A stretch of 64,000 bases of DNA from an uncultured Thermoplasmata archaeon (GCA_963713145.1 CAVQKI010000003.1:96532-160531), one strand, 5' to 3'; counted from the first letter of the stretch, positions 29,223 through 40,499 are shown. Made by a program: numbers and translations. Notes: generated by a model not told the origin, from the sequence alone.

Positions 29223-31596
29223 TCACTGGCCCGGGGCGAGAGCCGCCTCGAGCTCGCGGACGCCCGGGGAAAGGTCCGGGCGGTGCCGCGGCAGCCCGGC
29301 GGCGAGCGCCTCCCCGAGCCGGCTGCGCGCCTCGTCGAGCGCTCCCCGACGCTGGGCGGTGCGCGCGAGACGGAACAGGACCTCGGCGCTCTCGGAAGGT
29401 AGCTCCATCGACCGGGCGCGCGCGAGCGCGTCCCGATAGGTACGCCTCCGCTTCCGGGAACTTCCGCTCGGCCTCCGCGATCATCCCGCGGCTCATGGAG
29501 ACCTGCTCGTCGGCGAGCCCGTCCCCAAGGTCTGCCACGACGCGTGCCGCCCGGTCGATGGTCGCCTGGGCCTTCTCCACCTGACCGAGGTCCGCCTGCC
29601 ACTGCCCGAGGTTCAGGAGGCAGTGGCCGATCCACAGCGGGGCCCGGGCCTTCTCCGCGGACTCGAGGGCCCGCGCGATGTCCCGCAGCGCGTCGTCGGT
29701 ACGGCCCGCCCAGCTCTCGAACACAGCCGTGTTCATCAGCACCCGCGCGCGGGCGCTGGGGATGTCGACCGACTCGAAGAGGACCGCGGCCTTCCCGTAC
29801 AGGGAGAGCGCCGCGTCGAGGGCTTCGGGGCCGCGAGAGCCGAGCGTGTTCGCGACGTCCACGAGCGCGTGACCGCGTTCGAGGGCGTCGCCCTCCTTCT
29901 CTGCGATCTCCAGGGCGCGGCGCTGATGGGACTCGGCGCGCGGAAGGTCCGCGAGCCGCCAGTAGGACGTGCCGAGGGTCCGGTGCACGGACAGGAGGTC
30001 CCGAGTGGTGCCGCCCTTCTCGAGCAGCTCGGAAGCCTCGGTGGCGAGCGGCACGGCCGACGCGAACTCGCTCCGCTCGACGAACACCACCGCGAGCGCG
30101 AGGAGCGCCCGGCCGAGCTCCAGCTCGAACCGCGGCTCCTTCCGGCCCAGGGTGACCGCCTCCTCCAACACCTCGCTCGCTTTCGGAAGGTTCTGGATCT
30201 CGTTGAGCAGTCGTCCCTCTTCTGTCAGGATCCGGAGCTCGCGGCGTCGGTCCCGGTCCGGGCGTCGGCGCTCGGCGGCAAGAGCCCGCTCGACGTGCTC
30301 GAGCGCCGTATCGAACGCGAAGGCGCGGCCGGCGGCCTGGGCCGCCCGCAGGTTGTACTCTACCGCGTTCGCGTCCTCCCGGCCGAGGTAGAAATGTCGC
30401 GCGAGCTCGAAGTCGCTCGCGCCGCCCATTGTCGCGAGCGCGGTGCCGATCTTACGGTGGAGGATCCGTCGACGCGTCTCGGTCAGTTCCGCGTAGACGC
30501 TCGCCCGCAGCTCCTCGGAGAGGAACTCGTAGACCTCGCCCCCTCGCTCCCGGACGACGCCGCCCGGACCAGCCGGTCGACCGCCTCCGTGACCCGCTCC
30601 TCGTCGGCCCCGGTGACGGCCGCGACCACCGAGAAGCCGAACTCCCGGCCGAGAACGGCCGCGTACGTGAGGACCCGTCGGGCGGTGCCGTCCAGCGTTC
30701 GGGTCCTCGCGAGCAGGGTCTCCACCAGCCCGAGGTTGGTGGAGGGACCGACCCGCGGCCCGGAGGTTGACCCCGTCTCCGCGCGCACCAGGAGCTCGGC
30801 GAAGAGCGGATTGCCGTCGGTCTCCGCGTGCCATCGGAGCACGTCCTCGGGAGGGGGTGCGACCCCTCGGAGGATCCAGGTCACGAACTCGGTAAGCTCG
30901 GGAACCGAGAGCGGGCGGATCTCGACCGCCCGGAACAGCGGCCCGGCCCCGGTCGGCGAGAGGAGGCGTTGGGCCCGCGACGACCCGTCGGAGAGCGGTC
31001 CGATGGTCCCCAGGATCGCGATGCGAGCGGTCCCGATCGACTCCGCCAACCGGACCAGGAAATCGAGCGAGGAGCGGTCCGCGAAGTGGAGGTCGTCCAC
31101 GGCGATGAGGAGCGGCCGGTCGCTCGCGAGCTTGAGGAAGTACTCCACGAGCCGGTCGTAGAACTGGTCCCGGACGGTGGCCAGGCCCTCGACGCGAGAG
31201 GTACCGACCGGGAGGAGCAACCGTTCGAGTTCGTCGATGGGCGGGGTGGGCGTGCGGGTTCCCGACGGGAACGGGAACTCTCCCACGCCGAGGCCGGCCG
31301 TCGACGCCTCATGCCGCGGGTCCTGTGGGCCCGCAAGCTCCCGGACGAGCGAGAACGGTGCCGGGCAGCTCGTCGTTCAGCGCCCGGCCGACCGCGAGCC
31401 GGAACCCCAGCGCCAGCGCGTGGCGGCGTGCGATGTGGAGGAGCGGCGTCTTGCCGATGCCGCCGACCCCTGACAGAAGGAGGCAGCCCCCATGCCCCGA
31501 GCGCGCCGCCTCCAGCAGCCGATCGACCTCGTCGACGATCTCGGTGCGACCGAAGAGCGGCTCTCGATCCGTGTCGGTCGTCGGTCCCGGGTCCAC
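29223..31596 (-). CDS. STAND-like P-loop ATPase (AAA_16 type) fused to winged-helix and TPR repeats, three apparent frameshifts
   Basis: Walker A LLLSGVGGIGKT (ORF 31309..31596) and Walker B LLIAVDDLHFADR (ORF 30483..31286). TPR-rich body in ORF 28801..30834. C-terminus in ORF 29223..29408. Joins are near 31362, 30560 and 29445. Confidence 0.6.
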
Positions 31597-31620
31597 CCTA
31601 GGAACCTCCCCGATGTACGC

Positions 31621-33227
31621 TCACGCCTTGCGGCCCTCCGTCGAATTTCCCGCGGCGACCTCGGCCCGGTCGGCGTCGGACACGGAGTCGGGTCCTTCGA
31701 TCTGGCGCCGAAGCTCGACATAGGCGCCGGAGAGACGGGGGACCAGCTCGACCAAGTTGAGCTCGGTCGCCGCCCGGAGCGCGGTCCGAGCTCCCTCGAA
31801 GTCCCGGGTCTTGAACCGGAGCCGGGCAAGGTCGAACTGCGCCTCCGCCTCGTCGGAGACGACCCGGTTGCGCCGTGCCATGTCGACCGCGGTCGAGTAA
31901 GCCCGGTCTGCATCGTCCCACTGCCCCCGTCGCTCGGCGATGCGTCCGCGATGCAGGGCTACCTGTCCGGAGCCGAGCGTATCGTCCAGCCGCTCGAGGA
32001 GCCGCCCCGCCTGCTCGTTGTCCCGGTCCGCGTCCTCGAGCTGGCCCAGCATGATCCTCATCTCCACCCCAGAGAGGAGCGTACGCGCCGAGTACCGGGC
32101 GTCGTGGGCCCGCTCCGCCGCATCCCGGGCCTGGGCGAGGTACTCGAGCCCGTCCTCCGGGCGGACCTCTCCGACCGCTACTCCGAGGTTGTGCAGCGCC
32201 CGGGCAAGCTCGGCCCAGTCCCGCGACTGCGCGGAGCCGGTCGACCGCTCGCTCGTACCGACTCGATCCCCACGGACTGCACCTCGGGCCCGAGAAGCGC
32301 GAAGGCGTTGCCGATGTCGATCGATAGGCGGCCAAGGAAGCGCGGGTCGGTGCCGGCGGGCAGGGTCTCGAGCGCGTGCATGCTCTCGTCGAGCGCCTCG
32401 CGGTAGGCCCCCCGCAGGAACGCAAGGCGGCCGAGGAGGCGGTGGGCCTGCGCGACGCCGAGCGGGTCGCCGGTCAGCTCGAAGAGCTGGATCGCCTGCA
32501 GAGCCCCCTCCTTCGCCGCTTCGCTATCGAGATTCTCCCGCGCCACCTCCGCCCGGGCGAGGAGCAGCCGGGCCCGTACACGGGGCTGGTCGTGCTCGAC
32601 GTGCGCCAGGGCCTCCTGGTAGTGGCGGTCCGCCGCCGGATAGTTGGCGGTCGCGGAATAGAGGTCGCCCAGCTCCTCCGCGAGGCTCGCTCGCTCGGGC
32701 TCTCGCTCCCCGCCGGGGGTTGCGAGGTCGACCAGCGCTCGTTCGAGGTGGTGGATCGCGACCGCCGGCTCGCCCGCGTCGGTCGCCGACCGGGCGGCGC
32801 GCCGATTGTAGTCGTAGGACTTCTCCGGTACCTTGCCGAGGAAGAAGTGCCGCCCCAGCTCGGCCAGGACCTCGGGGGTCGGGTTCGGGTGCATCCGCTC
32901 CAGCACCTCCGCCACCCTACGGTGGAGGACCCGGAGGCGGCTCTCCGTCAACGAGCGGTAGACGTTCGCACGGAACTCCTCCTCCACGAACCCGAACCGC
33001 CCGCCGCCGGGGCGTTCCCAGAGGATCTTGCTCCGGACGAGGCGTTCGAGCTGCTCGACGAGCTCCTCCTCGTCGACCCGCATCGCGGCGACCAGCATGT
33101 CGAAGTCGAACTCCGAGCCGATCGCGCTCGCGTAGGCGAGGATCCGGTGCTGGTCGGGGGTGAGAGAGTCCAGCGCCGGGATACCGCCGCGGCCGGACGG
33201 GGCCCCCGCGCTCTCGAGCCCGGCCAT
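31621..33227 (-). CDS. ATPase-less paralogue of the upstream STAND-TPR protein (winged-helix plus TPR), two apparent frameshifts
   Basis: ILAYASAIGSEFDFDMLVAAM...ERLVRSKILWE parallels VLTYAAVLGREFGFSVVAAV...DRLVRA of the neighbour. ORFs 32178..33227 and 31621..32067 are linked through YERAVDRLRAV, with joins near 32258 and 32221. Confidence 0.55.
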
Positions 33228-33345
33228 CGACCACCTACCTAGCGCCGGCCGAGGGTTAAACTGATGGGGCGAAGCGCGTCCGCGGACCGGCCGGGGTCAC
33301 TCGGGCTCCGAAACCCTTATTTGAGAGGCCCCGGCTCGGCGGCCG

Positions 33346-33606
33346 ATGCAGCCCGCCGGGAGGCCCGCGGAGGAGCCCGAGCCCGTCCGGATACGGGACA
33401 TGTCGCTCCCACGGCGGGTCTCTTTCTGGGCGTTCGCGTTCCTGGTCGTGCTCGCCGTGCTGTTCTACGCCTGGTGGGGGTTCTCGTTCGGCGTCTGGAT
33501 CGACAACGGCGTCTACGCCGTCGTGATCACTCTGCTGCTGTTCGGTCTCGCCGGGATGTGGCTCATGATGCCCAACCCCCCGGCCCCGACGCCACCGGCG
33601 CGCTGA
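33346..33606 (+). CDS. small two-TM membrane protein, hypothetical
   Basis: 86-aa ORF with two hydrophobic helices (FWAFAFLVVLAVLFYAWWGF, VYAVVITLLLFGLAGMWLM). The start may be the internal M. Confidence 0.4.
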   Translation: MQPAGRPAEEPEPVRIRDMSLPRRVSFWAFAFLVVLAVLFYAWWGFSFGVWIDNGVYAVVITLLLFGLAGMWLMMPNPPAPTPPAR

Positions 33607-33624
33607 GGCGGCGCCCCGGACGCC

Positions 33625-35052
33625 CTAGATCGGTTGGGCTGCCAGCGCCCAGCGGACGTTTTCGGTCTTGCCGCAGACGAGGCAACGCCCGGGCGACCCC
33701 TTTACCGAGGGCAGCCCCTCCTCGGGGACCCCCAGCAGGGCGCCGTCGATCGCGGCCTCGATCGCGTGCCCGCACTCCTCCGAGCCGCACCATCCTAGGA
33801 TCCGGACCTGCGCCGAGCCCTTGAGCTGGCTCAGCTCGGTGGCGACGAGGAAGGAGGCACGGAACCGCTCCTCGGCTCGGCGAAGGAGCTCGTGGTCGAA
33901 CGCACGAAGCCGGTCCGACACTTCGGGCTCGAGATGCTCGAAGTCGACCGAGGTCTTCGTCCCGAGCCGGTCGACCGCGGTCGCCCGACGCGCCTCGACC
34001 TCTCGCGGACCGACCTCAAGGCGGAGCGGGACGCCCTTCAGTTCCCAGCGGTAGTACTTGGCGCCGGGGCGTTCTTCGCCGCGGTCGAGGAAGACCCGCA
34101 CGCCGGCCCGCGAGAGGCGGGCCACGAGCTCGTCCGTCGCCGCATCCAGCGCGGCGCGGTCCGCGGGCTTCGGGATGGGGACGATGACCACCTGGTACGG
34201 CGCGATCTGGCTCGGGAAGATCGCGCCGCGCTCGTCGCCGTGGACCGCGACGATCGCGCCCAGCAGCCGCTCCGAGAGCCCGAATGTCGTCTGGTGGACG
34301 TGGGACCGAGAACCGTCCGACGCCTCGTAGCGGATCTCGTACGGGATCGAGAAGTTGTCGCGGTAGTGGTGCACGCTCCCGATCTGGAGCGTGCGGGCCT
34401 GCCCGATCGGGATGTCGAGGGCGATCGAGAAGTACGCTCCCGCGAACTTGTCCCATTCGGGTCGGCGGACCGGCACGTAGGGCAGGCAGAACGCCTCGGC
34501 CATGCGTCGGAAGGCGGCGAGGTTCGAGCGGACCCGTTCGGAGGCGTGCGCCTCGTCGACCTGGCAGGTGTGCTCCTCGAAGAAATGGATCTCGCGGACC
34601 CGGAGGAACGGGCGGGTCGTCTTGGTCTCGTAACGGAACGTGTTCACGATCTGGTAGACGTTGAGCGGGAGGTCCTTGTGGGAGCGGACCCAGAGCGCGA
34701 AGATCGGGTACATCGCGGTCTCGCTGGTAGGGCGGAGGACGAGAGGGATGTCGAGCTCCGCGAGCCCGCCCTTCGTGACCCAGTAGACCTGCGCGTCGAA
34801 TCCCTTGATGTGCTCCTTCTCCTTCGCGAACTCGGTCGCGGGGATCAGCGCGGGAAACTCCACCGCTTCGGAGCCGGTCGCCTCGATCTCCCGGATCAGG
34901 ATCTCGTCGAGGTTCCGCCGGGCCCGGAAGCCGTAGCGGGTCCAGACGTTCATTCCCTTGATGCCGTAGCGCTTGTCGGAGAGGTCCGCGGCCTCGACGA
35001 CCGCGAGATACCAGTCGATGAGCGCCGCCTGCTTGTCGGGAAGGTCGGCCAT
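33625..35052 (-). CDS. proS: prolyl-tRNA synthetase (archaeal/eukaryotic type)
   Basis: Class IIa motifs and the C-terminal Zn-binding tail (CLVCGK). Start taken at MADLPDKQ (ATG 35052) within ORF 33625..35112. Confidence 0.9.
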   Translation of the reverse strand: MADLPDKQAALIDWYLAVVEAADLSDKRYGIKGMNVWTRYGFRARRNLDEILIREIEATGSEAVEFPALIPATEFAKEKEHIKGFDAQVYWVTKGGLAELDIPLVLRPTSETAMYPIFALWVRSHKDLPLNVYQIVNTFRYETKTTRPFLRVREIHFFEEHTCQVDEAHASERVRSNLAAFRRMAEAFCLPYVPVRRPEWDKFAGAYFSIALDIPIGQARTLQIGSVHHYRDNFSIPYEIRYEASDGSRSHVHQTTFGLSERLLGAIVAVHGDERGAIFPSQIAPYQVVIVPIPKPADRAALDAATDELVARLSRAGVRVFLDRGEERPGAKYYRWELKGVPLRLEVGPREVEARRATAVDRLGTKTSVDFEHLEPEVSDRLRAFDHELLRRAEERFRASFLVATELSQLKGSAQVRILGWCGSEECGHAIEAAIDGALLGVPEEGLPSVKGSPGRCLVCGKTENVRWALAAQPI

Positions 35053-35080
35053 GGGAGGAGAGCGAAGGGGGGTGCGAGAG

Positions 35081-35094
35081 GTATAAGAGTATAG
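35081..35094 (-). promoter_or_regulatory. TATA-like element upstream of proS
   Basis: The minus strand reads cctatactcttatac about 30-40 nt upstream of the ATG at 35052. Confidence 0.35.
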
Positions 35095-35208
35095 GACGGG
35101 CGGAGCGCCCACCCGGCGGAAGCGGGTCGGCGGCCGAGGATTCCTCGCCGGATCACCGCGTCTCGACCTAAGGTGTTAAGCTCTTGACCGGCGCGTGATC
35201 GCCGGGCC

Positions 35209-36301
35209 ATGCGCCTCGTCGTCTGCATCGATCGGGACGACGATCTCGGCCGCAAGGCCGGGGTCCAAGGACCCATCGTCGGCCGTGAGGCCGCGCTGGA
35301 CGCGGCCGTACGGTTGGGCACTGCCGACCCCGAGGACGCGGACACCAACGCCGTGTTCGCGGCGATCAGCCTGCTGGACGAGCTCCGGACGTCGGGCGAG
35401 GAGTGCGAGGTCTGCGTCCTCACGGGGGCCGCGAAGGTGGGGATCGTCTCCGACCGGCGGGTGGCCGAGCAGTTCGACCGGGTGCTCGCACAGGTCCACG
35501 CCTACGTCGGTCTACCTGGTCAGCGACGGGGCGGAGGACGAGTACCTCTACCCGATCGTCGCATCGCGGGTCCGCATCGACGGGGTCCGCCGGGTCCTCA
35601 TCCGCCAGAGCGCAACCCTCGAGTCGACCTACTACACGGTCGTCCGCGCGTTGAAGGACCCAAAGCTTCGCGCGAAGACGATCCTCCCGGTGGCGTTCGT
35701 CCTCCTGATCCTGGGATTCGCCGCCGCGAGCGGCGTGCTGCTCTGGGGCGTGATCGGGCTCGCGATCCTGCTCGGCGTCTACCTCATCTTCTGGACGTTC
35801 GACATCGACGAGGCGATCATCGATGGAGTGCGGAGCGCCTCGTCCGATATCCGGCAGGGCTCGGTCGCCTTCGGGTTCGGGCTGTTCACCTTCGCACTGG
35901 TCGGGGTCGGGTTCCTGGAGGGGTACAACCACTACTCGAGCGGCGGGGGCTTCTCTCCCGTCGAGCGCGTGCTCGTGTTCCTCCAGGCCGCGCTCGTCTG
36001 GTGGGTGGCGGGGGCGCTCGTCTGGGAGACCGGACGCGCGATCCGGCGCATGATCGCCTCCGGGCGATTCCCCCGGTCGTTCGTGGTCGCGACCACCTCG
36101 GTCCTCGGGATCGGGCTCGTGAGCTACGGGATCGTCTTCCTGGTCCGGTACCTTGAGGGGATCACGACCGGCAGCGACATCCCGTTCCTTGGCGGCCTCA
36201 TCATCGTGGGCCTCGGTCTCGTGATCGGCGCCGGAGTGATCCAGCAACACTTCCGGGCGGCGGCGCGCGCCGCCGCGCTGACGCCGCCTACTTCGGGCTG
36301 A
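35209..36301 (+). CDS. DUF373-family archaeal membrane protein, apparent frameshift near 35509
   Basis: MRLVVCIDRDDDLGRKAG...ADPEDADTNAVFAA (ORF 35209..36156) joins VYLVSDGAEDEYLYPIVASRVRIDGVRRV plus a multi-TM C-terminus (ORF 35195..36301). Confidence 0.65.
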
Positions 36302-36923
36302 CGGACCCTTTGCCCAGCGGGACGGTCCGCGAGACCACGATCAGGTCCTCGCGGGAGACGACCAGGCCGCACCGCTCGGAGAGCGTTCGGCGGACGGCGT
36401 CGAGCCCCGGCGTCTCGGCCGCGGCCCGGGCCGCGAGGGAGCGCAGGTCCTCCCAGTAGTTCCAGGGGAACACGATCCACGCCCACGAGTCCCGGGGGAT
36501 CTCCTCGGCGTAGTAGGTCGGGACGAACTTCGAGTGGCCGATGTGCAGGAGGGTCGCCGTCTCGACGCGGCTCGCCCGGGCGGCGATCACGTGCTGCCTC
36601 GCCAGCTTCAGGCTCTCGCCGGTGTCGGTGATGTCGTCCACGATCAGGACGTTCTGGTCGTCGACCGGTCCGGAGATCCCCTCGGTGAGAGAGGCCTCCC
36701 CGTCCTGGGTCGCCGTCACTCCCCAGTGCTGGGCGCGCAGCGAGACGAGGCGCCGCACGCCGAGGAGGTCGGCCAGGATCCGGGCCGGGACCCAGCCGCC
36801 TCGCGTCAACCCGACGATCGTTTCAGGGACGGCATCGGCCGCAAGGACCTTCCCGGCTACGCCGGAGGCCCAGCGGTCGATGTCGTCCCATCCGGGTCGC
36901 CGGCATCGGGGCAGATCGGCCAT
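36288..36923 (-). CDS. purine phosphoribosyltransferase (HGPRT/XPRT-like)
   Basis: PRPP-binding motif VLIVDDITDTGESL. Confidence 0.7.
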   Translation of the reverse strand: MADLPRCRRPGWDDIDRWASGVAGKVLAADAVPETIVGLTRGGWVPARILADLLGVRRLVSLRAQHWGVTATQDGEASLTEGISGPVDDQNVLIVDDITDTGESLKLARQHVIAARASRVETATLLHIGHSKFVPTYYAEEIPRDSWAWIVFPWNYWEDLRSLAARAAAETPGLDAVRRTLSERCGLVVSREDLIVVSRTVPLGKGSVSPK

Positions 36924-36944
36924 CGCCCGATGCCGGCCGTCGGC

Positions 36945-38207
36945 CTACGGGTAGAATCCGCGGATCTTGATCGCGTCAGCGACCCGCTGGATCGCGAGGA
37001 TGTAGGCGGCCGTACGGTTGTGGACCTTGTGGTCCACCGCGGCCTTGTGGACGTCGGCGTAGGAGCGGACCATGATCCGCTCGAGGCGCTCGTTGACCTC
37101 GTTCAGGGGCCAGAAGAACCCCTGGATGTCCTGGGCCCACTCGAAGTAGCTGACGGTCACGCCGCCGGCGTTCGCGAGGATGTCGGGCAGGACGGTGATC
37201 TTCTTCTGGTAGAGGATCGTGTCCGCCTCGGGGAGCGTCGGGCCGTTCGCGGCCTCGGCGACGATCTTCGCCCCGATCTTGTCCGCGTTCTTCTTCGTGA
37301 TCTGGTTCTCGAGCGCGGCCGGGACGAGGATGTCGACCTTCGCCTCCAGGACCTCCTCGTTCGAGAGGGCCTTCGTGCCGGGGAAGCCGACGACCGATCC
37401 GGTCTTCTTCTTGTATTCCTCGATCGCGTGGGGGTTCATTCCCTCGGCCTTGTAGATGCCGCCCTTCGAGTCGGAGACGGCGACGATCGTGGCGCCCTGC
37501 TCGTCGTGGAGGAGGTTCGCGGCCACGCTCCCTGCGTTACCGAATCCCTGGACCGCCACGGTCCCGCCCTTGACGCGGACCCCGGCGTCCTTCGCGGCCT
37601 CGCGAATGACGATCGCGCAGCCACGGCCCGTCGCCTCGCCCCGTCCCTCGCTGCCTCCGAGGCTGATCGGCTTGCCCGTGACGACGCCGGGCACGGAGTA
37701 GCCCTTCTGCATCGAGTACGAGTCCATGATCCACGCCATCGTCTGGCTGTCGGTGTAGACGTCCGGCGCGGGGATATCCATCTCCGGCCCGATGATCGGA
37801 GCGATCTCCGTCGCGTACCGGCGGGTGAGCCGCTCGAGCTCTCCCTTCGACATCGACTTCGGGTCGCAGATGACGCCGCCCTTCGCTCCCCCGTAGGGGA
37901 TGTTGACGACGGCGCACTTCCAGGTCATCCACGCGGCGAGCGCACGGACCTCGTCCAGCGTCACTTGTGGGTGGTAGCGGATACCGCCCTTGCACGGGCC
38001 GCGCGCCATGTTGTACTGCACACGGTACCCCGTGAAGACGCGGAACGAACCATCGTCCAATCGGACGGGGAAGTTCACGGTCAGCTCCCGCTTCGGGTGC
38101 TTTAGAACATCGCGGATCCCGGCCTCGAGGTGGATGAGGTCAGCGACGATGTCGACTTGCTGCTTCGCGGTCTCAAATGGGTTGATCACAGGATCGTTGG
38201 ACGGCAT
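36945..38207 (-). CDS. gdhA: glutamate dehydrogenase
   Basis: CKGGIRYHP and NIPYGGAKGG motifs with a Rossmann GFGNAG. Confidence 0.9.
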   Translation of the reverse strand: MPSNDPVINPFETAKQQVDIVADLIHLEAGIRDVLKHPKRELTVNFPVRLDDGSFRVFTGYRVQYNMARGPCKGGIRYHPQVTLDEVRALAAWMTWKCAVVNIPYGGAKGGVICDPKSMSKGELERLTRRYATEIAPIIGPEMDIPAPDVYTDSQTMAWIMDSYSMQKGYSVPGVVTGKPISLGGSEGRGEATGRGCAIVIREAAKDAGVRVKGGTVAVQGFGNAGSVAANLLHDEQGATIVAVSDSKGGIYKAEGMNPHAIEEYKKKTGSVVGFPGTKALSNEEVLEAKVDILVPAALENQITKKNADKIGAKIVAEAANGPTLPEADTILYQKKITVLPDILANAGGVTVSYFEWAQDIQGFFWPLNEVNERLERIMVRSYADVHKAAVDHKVHNRTAAYILAIQRVADAIKIRGFYP

Positions 38208-38307
38208 AACTTACCTCAGTGTTCCCGAACCCGTCGCCCCCTACTTGAGCGTGGCGAACTCCTTGTGACGCCGACGCACGGAGACGAGAATCACTCTCCG
38301 AGGGCGC

Positions 38308-39303
38308 CTACGCGGCTCCTGGAAGGTCGAACGGCCGCCATCCGGCCGGCGGCATCGGCAGGGTTTCGCGGGGTGTTCGCAGGAGCGCGCCCGCTCCGCG
38401 CTCGACCCGGCCCACGACGGTCAGGCGCCCGCGCACGGCACGGACCGCTCGCATGGCCCGGGCGATGCGGTCGGGCGGCACCGCCGCGAGTAACTCGTAA
38501 TCTCCCCCGTAGAAGGCGAGCCGACGTCGCGCCCGGTCCGTCGCGGCAACCCGACGAACGCCGGGAGCGAGGGGGAGCCACCGCTCCTCAACGACCAGGC
38601 GAACACGGCTCGCTGCGGCGAGGAGCCGGCTCGCGTCCGCGATCCCGTCGGAGGTGTCGAGCATCGCGTGCGCGTGGCGCGCGAGCGCTAGGCCCTCCCG
38701 GACCCGCGGGTTCACCGCCAGCATCTCCGCGAGCGCCCCTCGTCGAGGGCCGTGGTGCAGTCGATGGAACGCAAGTCCTCCACGGCCCACCGTCCCTGTG
38801 GTCACGAGTACGTCGCCGGGCCGGGCTCCTGACCGCGGCGCGAGCTCGCCAGGGCGGGCCCATCCGATCACGGTCGAGACGAGCGTTCGGGTCGGCCCCG
38901 GCTTCGTGTCGCCGCCGACCAGGTGGACCCCGAACCGGGCGGCTTCCCGTTCCGCGCCGCGCGCTACCTGGCGGGCCCAGCGCTCCGACGAGCCGGGCGG
39001 AAGGATCATCGCGAGGAGCACTCCCGCCGGCCGCGCGCCTTTCGCGGCGACATCGGAGAGGCTGACAGCCGTTGCCGCGCGGCCCACCAGCTCGGGCCGG
39101 GAGCCAGGGAGGAAGTGGGAGCCCTCGACCAGCGCGTCCGTGGAGACGACAGCGACCGCGCCCCGAGGCGGGCGGAGGGCCGCCGCGTCATCTCCCAGCT
39201 CGAGGAGCCCCGTGTGGCCCGCGGGAAGGTTCTCTGCCAGCCAGCGGTGGAACGCCCGTTCCCGGATCGTCCCATCGCCGGAAGGGCGGGCGGGACGCCT
39301 CAC
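38308..39303 (-). CDS. thiL: thiamine-monophosphate kinase
   Basis: LGDDAAAL...VVSTDALVEGSHF...GGDTK and C-terminal AIR-synthase-like motifs in the C-terminal half of ORF 38308..40203. A GTG start at 39303 overlaps the upstream stop (GTGA). Confidence 0.75.
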   Translation of the reverse strand: MRRPARPSGDGTIRERAFHRWLAENLPAGHTGLLELGDDAAALRPPRGAVAVVSTDALVEGSHFLPGSRPELVGRAATAVSLSDVAAKGARPAGVLLAMILPPGSSERWARQVARGAEREAARFGVHLVGGDTKPGPTRTLVSTVIGWARPGELAPRSGARPGDVLVTTGTVGRGGLAFHRLHHGPRRGALAEMLAVNPRVREGLALARHAHAMLDTSDGIADASRLLAAASRVRLVVEERWLPLAPGVRRVAATDRARRRLAFYGGDYELLAAVPPDRIARAMRAVRAVRGRLTVVGRVERGAGALLRTPRETLPMPPAGWRPFDLPGAA

Positions 39304-40499
39304 TTGTACGCCAGGAACTCCCTGCCGAGGAGCTCGCGGCCGAGGATGATCCGCATGATGTTCAACCCACCCTCGGCCCCGACCAGGTAGCTCATGATGC
39401 CGCGGAGGCCGAGTTCGAGGCCGGCCTCCTTCGTGTAGCCGGCGGCTCCGAACCACATCATCACGCGCTTGATGCACTCGAACGCGATCGGCGGGGCGGT
39501 CAGTTTCACCGAGGCGACGGCCCGCTCGACCTCGGAGCGGTGGGACGCGTCGCCCTTCAGCGTGTACGTGTCGAGGAGCCAGGCCGCGCGGCGGCACTGC
39601 CACTTGACCGCCTCGACCTGCGTCCAGAGGTCGACCAGCTCGAACTGGATTCCCTCGAACTTCCCGAGGGGCTGGCCGAACGCCCGTCGCTCGCGGATGT
39701 ACGCCATCCCGGTCTCGAGCGCCCGTTCCGCGGCCCCGATGCACGCCGCGCTCACGAACGTCCGCGCGACCGTGAAGCCTTCGAGCGCGAGCTCGAACCC
39801 CTTCCCTTCGGTCCCGATCAGGTACCGGGCCGGGACCCGGACGTCGGCGTACGTGAGCCCGCCGGTAGAGATCCCCATCCGTCCCATGTTGTGGAAACGT
39901 TGCGTCGAGATGCCGGCCGTCCGGGTCGGCACATACAGGAAGTTGAACCCGCCATTGGTCGCCTTCGTCAGCGTGAGGTGGCCTCCCCCGAGCGTCTTCG
40001 CCTCCTCGACGCCCGAGACGAACGATTTCTCCCCGTGAACGACGAACTCGGCGCCGTCGTGCCGGGACGTGGTGTGCATCGAAGCGAGGTCGCTCCCGCC
40101 CGTGGGTTCGGTGGTCGCGATGCCCAGGAACGCCTTCCCCGCGCAGACGGGCGGGAGGATCTCGCGCTTCGTCTCTTCCGTGCCGTGGCGTGACAGCAGC
40201 CACCCCCAGCCGGCTTCGAGCAGGAAGAAGACGGCCGTCGCCATCGAGAGGTCGCCGCGCCCGATCTCTTCCGCGGCGATCTCCGTGAGGACCGCGGACG
40301 CCCCCATTCCTCCGTACGCCTCGGGCACGGGCATCGCGAGGAGGCCAAGCTCGGCCATCGCCGAGAGGACCTCCGCAGGGATCCGGCCCTCGGTGTCGAT
40401 CGTCCGCTCGTGCGTCCGAAGGACACGGTCTCCGAACCGGCGCGCCGCCTCCTGGAACGCGCGCTCCTCGTCGCTCAGCTCAAAGTCCATAGAATCCAC
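39300..40499 (-). CDS. acyl-CoA dehydrogenase
   Basis: 399-aa ORF with the ACAD layout (MDFELSDEERAFQE..., TEPTGGSDLASM, QQFGQ-type C-terminal helices). Confidence 0.85.
   Translation of the reverse strand: MDSMDFELSDEERAFQEAARRFGDRVLRTHERTIDTEGRIPAEVLSAMAELGLLAMPVPEAYGGMGASAVLTEIAAEEIGRGDLSMATAVFFLLEAGWGWLLSRHGTEETKREILPPVCAGKAFLGIATTEPTGGSDLASMHTTSRHDGAEFVVHGEKSFVSGVEEAKTLGGGHLTLTKATNGGFNFLYVPTRTAGISTQRFHNMGRMGISTGGLTYADVRVPARYLIGTEGKGFELALEGFTVARTFVSAACIGAAERALETGMAYIRERRAFGQPLGKFEGIQFELVDLWTQVEAVKWQCRRAAWLLDTYTLKGDASHRSEVERAVASVKLTAPPIAFECIKRVMMWFGAAGYTKEAGLELGLRGIMSYLVGAEGGLNIMRIILGRELLGREFLAYK

Noticed and set aside
38308-40203. A 631-aa ORF implying a large ThiL fusion protein.
   Set aside because: The upstream ~300 codons are out of frame relative to the strongly supported acyl-CoA dehydrogenase ORF on the same strand (39300..40499). 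ThiL motifs begin right after a GTG at 39303 that overlaps the acd stop.
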